Shown one piece after another: positions 1 to 6,641 of a stretch of 7,639 nt of DNA (the stretch's first letter is position 1; each line of letters opens with the position of its first letter). Origin of the DNA: Paramicrosporidium saccamoebae KSL3. Lineage: Eukaryota > Fungi > Cryptomycota. The stretch spans positions 1-7,639 of the forward strand of contig MTSL01000136.1 in the NCBI GenBank assembly GCA_002794465.1. The letters are read 5' to 3'. The position numbers were made by a program, and so were the translations under genes. The notes beneath the pieces are model-generated. The model ran no database searches and was not told the origin of the DNA. It worked only from the letters and a program-made list of their open reading frames with translations.

Positions 1-460
1 TTTATGGAAGAGTATGGACAGGGATTTGATATGCCTAATATCTGTTTGCCGTATGCCATGAATGAGTTTTCGAAAACTCTGTCGCTGCTTATAGTATAGT
101 CTCGGAATTTGGCTAATTTATAGAGAAAATATTCAGAGAGGGCCGCACTTGTGGATCCAGTGGCAAAGACCAAGCAGGAGCGAGATGCTGTCCAGGATCT
201 TGTAGTCTTCAACATTGGTACTCGAAAGAGTCTTTCCCTAACCTCCTCTAGATAAGCTACAGATAAAGAGCTCTCTCGAGGATGCTCGGAACACGGCGGC
301 TATTGAATTTCATCGAAGGAGTATGATATTAAGAAGAGCAGCGTGGTTCAATAATGGACGACTGATTGTTGGAGGAATAGTTGGCATGGCTTTACTAATC
401 TACATTTGGCTTGGCATGTTCTGTGGCCTACCGGGATGGGAGCATTGCATCGCGCATTGA
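1..460 (+). CDS. VAMP7: VAMP7-like longin R-SNARE, 5'-truncated; join(<1..93,124..217,252..460)
   Basis: Spliced translation ...FMEEYGQGFDMPNICLPYAMNEFSKTLSLLIRKYSERAALVDPVAKTKQERDAVQDLVVFNIDKLQIKSSLEDARNTAAIEFHRRSMILRRAAWFNNGRLIVGGIVGMALLIYIWLGMFCGLPGWEHCIAH*. LPYAMNEFS matches the VAMP7 longin end (LPYAMNSEFS). It is followed by a SNARE-like NID helix, a C-terminal TM segment and the VAMP7-type lumenal CGxxxWxxC tail. Stop TGA 458-460. Confidence 0.85.
94..123 (+). other. Spliceosomal intron 1 of VAMP7-like gene (30 nt)
   Basis: GTATAG...GCTAAT-TTATAG; removal eliminates in-frame TAG 97-99 and keeps the frame. Confidence 0.85.
218..251 (+). other. Spliceosomal intron 2 of VAMP7-like gene (34 nt)
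   Basis: GTACTC...CCTAAC-CTCCTCTAG; removal restores the NID motif and the frame leading to the TM domain. Confidence 0.85.
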
Positions 461-543
461 GTCATTTTGGGTGAAAGGATGTTGTGATTGCAAGTTGAAT
501 TGTTAAAGATTCATTCTTTCCATCGGCCGTCTTTGCCAATTGT

Positions 544-2586
544 CTAGTTGATCACCTCACTGGCTCCCAACTGCGCGCCCTTGTAGATACTGTCCAGCTG
601 TGTTGCTGATATAGAAGGTCTCACCAGAATGGCAGCCTCAATTAGATCGTCAAATCCAACTGAAACGGTTTGGTCTGCGAGCAAGGATGATTTTGTTTCT
701 CTGGCCCTTTTTACAACCTTTCCCAGGGCAACTTTCATTGATGTATGGCAAATGGACGCCAAATCGGCAGGTGATAGTGTCTTTGGCAGAGTTTTGGCCA
801 GCGCATCAAAATCAACATCCACTCCCAGCAAGTAAGACGTGGACGATGCACGAAGGATCGCGGCCTGCTCCATCGAAGTTTGCGGTATTCCCAAATAAAG
901 TCTTTTATCAAATCGACCAGGACGTAGGAGGGACGGATCTAATAGATCGGGTCTATTGGTAGCACCGATGAGAAAGACTCCGCTTCCATTCTCATCCCAT
1001 GTCAGAGCGTCGATTTCAGTGACGAGTTGTGAAACAAGCCGATCGGTTATTCCTCCAGCATCACCATCTTTCCCCCGGGCTACCGCAATGGAATCAAGCT
1101 CATCAAAAAATAGAACGCAGGGACGACAGGCCTTGGCGCGAGCAAATACATCTCGGATATGGGCCTCGGATTCGCCGACATAAACGTCCAATAGCTCCGG
1201 CCCTTTAATGGAGAGGAATGAGAGATTAAACTCTGTAGCGACCGCCTTGGCCAGTAGCGTCTTGCCTGTACCGGGAGGTCCGAAAAACAAGATACCGCAT
1301 CTTCTGCCAAGCTGCGAGGGAATACGATGGTTCTCAAAAAGACAGGTCTGAAATGTTTCAATCAGTGTCTTTTTTGCAAAATCCAACCCTGCAACATTTT
1401 CCCACAGGACTTGGGGGATCCGCGAGCTCTCACTACAGGACATTTGCTTGCGGACCTTTTTCATGGCAGCGGCAGGGCTAATAGATTCAATATTCGATAA
1501 GGACAGGGCAGAGTTGGCCATGACTGTGTCAAAGCAGACTGTGCCATCTGCATCAACCGCGCATGCGAGGTCTTCAATAGGAACCTTCCATGTCCGAGTG
1601 ATCACTTTCATAAACGAGTCATCAAAAACTCCATCATAGAGCACCATAACTGCACATGGGGATTTTGATTCATAAAGAGATACCTTTCTTAGCAACGAAT
1701 ATGCGTGCCGCGATGTCCGATTCAATGTCAACACCCAAATAACATGGAATGGCAAACTTACAATCTTTGTGGGATCTTCGATTGGGAATGGAAGAGTGGA
1801 AATCCCGATTGCTGCGCAGGCATCCTGGACTATGGCTTTGCTGATACGAATGGGTCCGGATAGCCCAAAGATATGCACGCCATCTTGTTGTGCCAATTTC
1901 ACCATACAATTTTTAATTTCCTCACTTGTGCCGGTTCCAGACTGTGCACGTAATGGCGGTAATTTGGCAATAGAGGTTACTGGCAGAATGCAAATCTCAC
2001 AACTTTGAGTATCTACAAATCGCTCAACAGGACAGTGATCTATAATCAAAGGAATGCTTGACATGCCGTCAATCGAGACCCAGAAAGAGGACCCCTCTAG
2101 CACAACGGCGCTGATAGGATTTAACTTTAGAGCCCTCTCAATCATCTGATGTATATCAGGATGCAAAAGCGCCAGCACAGTAGTAGAGTTATTGATGGGT
2201 CTCACGCTCAAAGTACTTGCACATTGAACGGGGGCGGGGTCGCAAGGCAAATAGGATGGGAGGTGGGCAAATGAAACGTCAAGTTCAATATGAGACTCGG
2301 TTGTATAAATCCCAAAATAACTCCACAGGGTACTCGAGCTCAGCTGCATTACTTTCTCAGTCATACAAGAATTGACTTTAAGCCATCTTCCCTTCTCCGA
2401 ACATTGCGTCGTCGCACGAAGCCATCGGGACGGAAACATTCCCGCTCCCGTGTTAATCGTCCCAAATTCCGCCTTGTCGGTGACATTTATGTGCCAGCAT
2501 CCATCGGTTGCTTCGATAATACAATTCCGTTCGATTGCTTTCCCATTTTCTCCAAGCGTAATGACAGGACAATCCCAAAGGTTCAT
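544..2586 (-). CDS. PEX6: Peroxisomal biogenesis AAA+ ATPase Pex6 (680 aa, no intron needed)
   Basis: The D2 domain has Pex6-type context: IPQVLWENVAGL, RRCGILFFGPPGTGKTLLAKAVATE (Walker A), SIKGPELLDVYVGESE (pore loop), CVLFFDELDS (Walker B), GDAGGITDRLVSQL, GATNRPDLLDPSLLRPGRFDK (SRH/Arg fingers). A degenerate D1 lies upstream. An in-frame stop lies 11 codons upstream of the ATG at 2586. Confidence 0.88.
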   Translation of the reverse strand: MNLWDCPVITLGENGKAIERNCIIEATDGCWHINVTDKAEFGTINTGAGMFPSRWLRATTQCSEKGRWLKVNSCMTEKVMQLSSSTLWSYFGIYTTESHIELDVSFAHLPSYLPCDPAPVQCASTLSVRPINNSTTVLALLHPDIHQMIERALKLNPISAVVLEGSSFWVSIDGMSSIPLIIDHCPVERFVDTQSCEICILPVTSIAKLPPLRAQSGTGTSEEIKNCMVKLAQQDGVHIFGLSGPIRISKAIVQDACAAIGISTLPFPIEDPTKIVSLPFHVIWVLTLNRTSRHAYSLLRKVSLYESKSPCAVMVLYDGVFDDSFMKVITRTWKVPIEDLACAVDADGTVCFDTVMANSALSLSNIESISPAAAMKKVRKQMSCSESSRIPQVLWENVAGLDFAKKTLIETFQTCLFENHRIPSQLGRRCGILFFGPPGTGKTLLAKAVATEFNLSFLSIKGPELLDVYVGESEAHIRDVFARAKACRPCVLFFDELDSIAVARGKDGDAGGITDRLVSQLVTEIDALTWDENGSGVFLIGATNRPDLLDPSLLRPGRFDKRLYLGIPQTSMEQAAILRASSTSYLLGVDVDFDALAKTLPKTLSPADLASICHTSMKVALGKVVKRARETKSSLLADQTVSVGFDDLIEAAILVRPSISATQLDSIYKGAQLGASEVIN

Positions 2587-2648
2587 GCGCCGACAACTAT
2601 TAACTGGATCCTGATTGGCTCAAAGTCGACCTTTGTTTGAACCTTGTC
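2587..2648. promoter_or_regulatory. 62-bp divergent promoter between PEX6 and MTQ2 with a CCAAT box (AGCCAATCAG on the minus strand, 2611-2620)
   Basis: Head-to-head ATGs at 2586(-) and 2649(+). CTGATTGGCT at 2611-2620 matches the NF-Y/HAP consensus RRCCAATSR and sits near the middle of the gap. Confidence 0.6.
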
Positions 2649-3392
2649 ATGCTACCCACTCCCGATTTGGCGCATCTTTCTCATCGTGATTTTGAATGTG
2701 TATATGAACCCGTAGGTATTCCATGTGTTACTGGGCCTCACTTTGCGTAGAGGATACGTTTTTAATGCTCGACGCGTTGGAGCAAGACGTGGAAGAGCTA
2801 AAACTAAAGAAGCCTTTGCTTTGTCTTGAGATAGGGTACTGACTAGTTCCTCAAGTTCTCAACTACTAGGTCTGGAAGCGGCTGCACAATTACTTTTTTG
2901 TCAAGGATACTGCATCCGGTGGTTTGTGTAGCCACCGACCTGAATCCAGCCGCCACACTAGCTACCATACGGACTGGTGAACGAAATTTAGCCTCGGTCG
3001 ACTGTCTTTTAACATCACTCAGCAATGGGATCCAAAGCCGAAGTCTATTTGATATAATTGTTTTTAATCCACCATATGTCCCTACTGAGGAGCTCTGTGA
3101 GATGGCCGCGCGTCCAACACATGAAAACATTCACGGCTGTGAACCGGAAGACTTGTTGGAGGCAGCCTGGGCAGGCGGTGCCGATGGCCGCTACTGGATC
3201 GACAAGGTTCTTCCCAGTATTGATGGTCTCCTCTCGAAACAAGGAACGTTCTATATGATTGCCCTACAGGCGAACAAACCGGAAGAACTGATGGCTTGGG
3301 CGCGTCGAGATTGGGACCTCGAGTCGAAAATTGCCTTGAAGAGAAAAGCCGGAATAGAAGATTTAGTAGTCTTAAAGTTCTGGAGGTCCTAG
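2649..3392 (+). CDS. MTQ2: HemK2/MTQ2/N6AMT1 eRF1 glutamine methyltransferase; join(2649..2715,2751..2835,2870..3392), 224 aa
   Basis: Spliced N-terminus [33 protein letters not shown] (family motif VYEPxEDTFLxLDALE), SAM motif LEIGSGSGC, DLN, NPPY, AAWAGGxxGR and GTFYMI. Exon total 675 nt is in frame. Confidence 0.95.
2716..2750 (+). other. Intron 1 of MTQ2 (35 nt)
   Basis: GTATTC...CTCAC...GCGTAG; joins VYEPV|EDTF. Confidence 0.92.
2836..2869 (+). other. Intron 2 of MTQ2 (34 nt)
   Basis: GTACTG...CTCAAC-TACTAG; joins LEIG|SGSG. Confidence 0.92.
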
Positions 3393-3398
3393 ATTTGT

Positions 3399-3415
3399 AA
3401 TAAAAACTCTTTATT
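3399..3415. terminator. Opposed polyadenylation signals for convergent MTQ2 (AATAAA + strand, 3399-3404) and glycogen synthase (AATAAA - strand, 3410-3415)
   Basis: Sequence AATAAA-AACTC-TTTATT starts 6 nt after the MTQ2 stop. Confidence 0.55.
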
Positions 3416-3508
3416 GGAATTCCTGGCTTGTTGTACATTAGTTTTCATGTCATGAGCACTCGCATCAGCATTAACTCTCACGCCATCAGTCCCCGCCCCA
3501 TGACACTG

Positions 3509-5575
3509 TCATCCCACAATCTCAGAGTTGAGGCTCATATTTGTAAACGCCTCCAAATCAAAGTAGGGGACGGAATCGGCAGAATCGGGCTCCTGCTTGG
3601 GCGATCCAAACGTTGATCGGATGGTAGAAGCGGGCGAAGCAGATGCGGGACGTGGAATCTTTTCCGGCTCGGACATGTCAACGAACGGAATCTCTTCGCT
3701 CGACTTTTCGAATAATTCTGGATACACACGACGAAGAGCAAGTTGTCGGGCTTTTCGATACTCAATTTCCATCCTCTTCCAATCTAAAAGATCGCTGAGC
3801 CGCTCAGTTCGGTTGCGCATGTTGATCCTTTGACGTCGTGATTTTTGACAAAAGTGCATAAAATACTCAGTTAGCTGGTTGACAGATTCCTCCACTGACT
3901 TTAGTCGGCGATCGACAATGTAAATTCCGTAATCCGCCGGGTTCTCTACGTTTTCTTCAATAAAACATCCAAATCCTGACAAATTTGTAGTGACAGATGG
4001 AATCCCCATCACGGTACACTCTGCCGGTGTATATCCCCATGGTTCATAATAGGAAGGGAACACTCCCAAATGGCACCCACGAACAAACTCCTCATACTCC
4101 ATTCCAAGCACTGGATTATGAGAATTGAGGAATTCGGGGTGAAACACCACCTTTACACGATCATGGCGAGAGTTGAGCAGCTGTAAGCGGCGCAACTCCA
4201 TTAAAATGGGATCTGCGCCACTGTCAACCATGTTATGAGTCACTACGGGGGGAAGCGTGTCTCTACGCAGAGCAAGTAAATGTCTTTTCAGAGTCACAAC
4301 GTCCTCTTCAGCCAGCATATCTTCTGTGGGCAAGATTGCGCCTCTAAATATTAAATGGTTGATCGGCACACCACCTTAGTGCACTATCGAAAATCCGCTG
4401 TCCGACTCTTTCAGTAATCTTTTCAACAACATCATGAAGCTGCTTCGTGACGGCTTGTCCCTTGAGGGCTTCTACATTGTAATTGTTAGTGGCAGCGGGC
4501 ATGATGATGAATGCCACAACGTTCATGGGACTGTTGTACTGTTTCAATTTGAAATTTAGCCCTACGAATCAATCAGCATAATGGGCTTACGGGCAAGTGC
4601 CTCCAGGTACAAATCGACACCTTTGTTGCGAAACTCGTAGCGGCCAGCAGTGAAAAAATACAGAGTATTATCAACTTCAAAGTCATTGTGTCCATAAAAG
4701 TGGCCCTGAACGAATGCGTGAATCTTTTCCTTGTTCTCGTTGTGCTTATTGTGAAGCTCGTGTAGCGTGCTAAACTTTTGGCTGTTGAGTCCATTTGGCA
4801 AAACGCCATCCGGTTTACGCTTCAAAAGATGCTCAGCTTCATAGGCAGTGATGTGGGAAACGGTGGTAAATACGTCGGCACAATGCGTAGCGGCTCTCTC
4901 CAAGCAATATCTATGATAAATGCCTCGCTTCCCAGCCTCTTCGTCTTCGTTAAAGCTCTTGATTCGGTTGTAAAAGTCGACATTTCCAGCGCATAGATAT
5001 CTGCCCAACAGGGTTGCATGAGTTGTAAAAATGGTAGCAATACGCAGATTGCGCTTCTTGACCAAAATACTCCCTACTGCTGACATCCACTCATGAAATT
5101 GTGCAATTATGGGCAGATTGGGCTCCAAATACGAAAATTCGCCCAGGAACCATGCGACGGTGTATCCTAGAAGGATTGCATCATTCATTTCGCGATCATT
5201 GGATGGAGATGGAATCGCCGACTTTTCCCACAGGTCGGCCTTCCATTCATCCAGTCGGTGTGACACGCTTGCGAGATCAAACAAAAGAACACTTGGCGAT
5301 CCCACCACTAGCCATTTTCCTGTGACGACCCGAATACCTTGCTGCCTCATTCGGTTGATGGTTGAGCAGACCGCTGGGCTCTTTGGCTCGCGCTCCTCCA
5401 CTTCCATCGAGGCCTTTCCATATGAATACGGGCCAATGAGGTAGTAATTCTCTCCATATTCGTCTACTGTCACTGCAGTTTTGGTCTTTATCACTGTGTA
5501 AATTCCACCAACCTTGTTCGCAACCTCCCATGATATCTCAAACAGGCATGGCTCGGAGTTTACGTCCATGGTCAT
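3509..5575 (-). CDS. GSY: Glycogen synthase (GT3 family, fungal/animal type); complement(join(3509..4343,4375..4561,4591..5575)), 668 aa
   Basis: [68 protein letters not shown] (catalytic Glu motif), Arg cluster [21 protein letters not shown] and a C-terminal RPAS phospho-tail. Exon total 2007 nt is in frame. The start could alternatively be the second Met at 5569. Confidence 0.96.
4344..4374 (-). other. Intron 2 of glycogen synthase (31 nt, weak GTGGTG donor)
   Basis: Minus strand GTGGTG...TTTAAT-ATTTAG; joins DSAL-R|GAILP in frame. The alternative donor 3 nt downstream creates an immediate TGA. Confidence 0.85.
4562..4590 (-). other. Intron 1 of glycogen synthase (29 nt)
   Basis: Minus strand GTAAGC...GCTGAT...CGTAG; restores conserved EALAR|LN. 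Confidence 0.93.
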
Positions 5576-5713
5576 TTAATTACCGCGGATATGGGCCCAG
5601 CCCTTATAAGATTAATCGCCATTTTCAGAAATGCCCCCCATTTGATAAATTACCATGGATACCCGTTTTGGAAATCGTCATGCATAAATAGAAAACATGA
5701 ACCCATCGCATTC
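5576..5713. promoter_or_regulatory. 138-bp divergent promoter region between glycogen synthase and the REC114-like gene
   Basis: Head-to-head gene starts, with TATA-like TTATAAG (5604-5610) and short palindromes CCGCGG and TGGGCCCA. Positional inference only. Confidence 0.4.
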
Positions 5714-6640
5714 ATGCTTATATCGCTCCCTGTCGAGAGATACTCCAGGTGCTATCCTCGATACGAAGAACAGTACTCAGACGTCGGCGGAGAGCCATTA
5801 TACATGCTCATGCCCTCCATGCAAGCCTCTCAATCGCAAATGTTCCAGACGGTTGCCCACAGCAATTTATGGACTGCAATAGCCGAAAGCGAGAGCGTCA
5901 AAGTCAATTGGGAGATGACCGTGGCCACGACAGATGCTGTCACTCTCCAGGTAACGGCTTCAGTGCCCGGCACAACTCTTATACTGGTATACAAATGTAT
6001 TGTTATCGTCACTTTTAGGAACGAATCAGATTTCCCGAGACATTCAATGCAGGCTTCAAGGTTTCCCCCAAGCAGAGGAGCCTGGGATTTCGTTATCTTA
6101 AAAACCAGGTAGAGAGGTGCATTCTTCTTCAAAGCTTAGCGTCAATATTTGTTCCAAGTAATCTTTTCAGAGGAATTCCAGTGTCGTCTTTGCTACGATT
6201 CAATGTATCGATTCGGGATCCTAAATCCAATATGGACAACGCCATTCCAATTTGACAACGGCATGGAATGGGCTAGCTCGGAACCGAAGCAATTGGAGGC
6301 CCAGGAACATAGGGTCCCGGAAAACGAGCCAACTGTACCGATTGCACCGATTGTTCTGAGTGATACGGATTCTAACGAAACTACTTTATCCAGTCAAGAT
6401 GAAAGCATAGATTATGCGGCTGCACTAACAGGAATAACAGAGCCGGCCTTGCTATCTGCTGACCTGCCAAACGAAAGACAGATTCAATGCATTCAAGAGC
6501 GCTCCCGCCGAGTCATTCTGAGAGTGGATCCATCCAAAGCGGAAAGATTGAGAGATTCAGTGCAGCGGTATAGTTCGCAGAAATCTGATAACCCAAATGA
6601 CTTTTCGTTTTTATTGGCTGCCTCGTACGGAACTCAATAA
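5714..6640 (+). CDS. REC114: Probable REC114/Rec7-like meiotic DSB protein (N-terminal PH-like domain); join(5714..5986,6019..6108,6140..6640), 287 aa
   Basis: The spliced product shows REC114 signature segments in the expected order: LPVERYSRCYP (cf. human WPLQRYARCIP), NLWTAI (PTWKVF), GTTLILERIRF (GQTLLEGFSL), SLGFRY, and YLFQVIFSEEFQCRLCYDSM (RLFRVQF...CCSCVQKL). These are followed by a low-complexity acidic linker and a helical C-terminus. The length is similar to vertebrate REC114. The assignment is by eye; no HMM was run. Confidence 0.72.
5987..6018 (+). other. Intron 1 of REC114-like gene (32 nt)
   Basis: GTATAC...GTCAC-TTTTAG, phase 0; joins TLIL|ERIRF. Confidence 0.7.
6109..6139 (+). 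other. Intron 2 of REC114-like gene (31 nt)
   Basis: CAG|GTAGAG...CTTAG, phase 0; joins GFRYLKNQ|RQYLFQVIF. Branch-point match is poor. Confidence 0.72.
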
Positions 6641-6641
6641 A
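6636..6641 (+). terminator. Candidate poly(A) signal AATAAA overlapping the REC114-like last codon, its stop and the A of the SDR ATG
   Basis: ...ACT CAA TAA ATG GAA... Confidence 0.4.

Noticed and set aside
2290-2640. 116-aa plus-strand ORF ending 8 nt before the MTQ2 ATG
   Set aside because: Antisense shadow of the PEX6 5' region with no recognisable motif.
2666-2673. E2F-like TTTGGCGC near the MTQ2 start
   Set aside because: It lies in coding sequence (Asp-Leu-Ala-His codons); a single 8-mer is not distinguishable from chance.
2649-3392. Possible DNA 6mA methyltransferase or restriction-modification role suggested by the NPPY motif and the name N6AMT1
   Set aside because: The HemK2/Mtq2 family is established as a Trm112-dependent protein glutamine methyltransferase. 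The DNA activity is disputed and there is no nuclease partner here.
3082-3438. 118-aa minus-strand ORF, plus the other short ORFs antisense or out of frame to PEX6, MTQ2, GSY, REC114 and SDR
   Set aside because: All overlap well-supported genes and have no family motifs; typical shadow ORFs.
5591-5713. 41-codon in-frame N-terminal extension (MGPALIRL...) of the ORF 5591..6112
   Set aside because: Its ATG is only 15 nt from the divergent GSY ATG, and REC114 similarity begins right after Met 5714. An open run of 41 codons is not improbable by chance.
5784-5791. TCGGCGGA, resembling the Ume6 URS1 meiotic element (TCGGCGGCT), inside the REC114-like exon 1
   Set aside because: Imperfect match explained by Val-Gly-Gly codons; Ume6 regulation is established only in yeasts.
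5987-6112. C-terminal part of track ORF 5591..6112 (VYKCIVIVTFRNESDF...ILKTR)
   Set aside because: It is read-through of intron 5987-6018 in the wrong frame; the homologous motifs (GFRY) lie in the other frame.
6568-6580. GTATAG...CAG as a 13-nt micro-intron near the REC114-like 3' end
   Set aside because: Far below the 29-37 nt size class, no room for a branch point, and removal gives no better motif.
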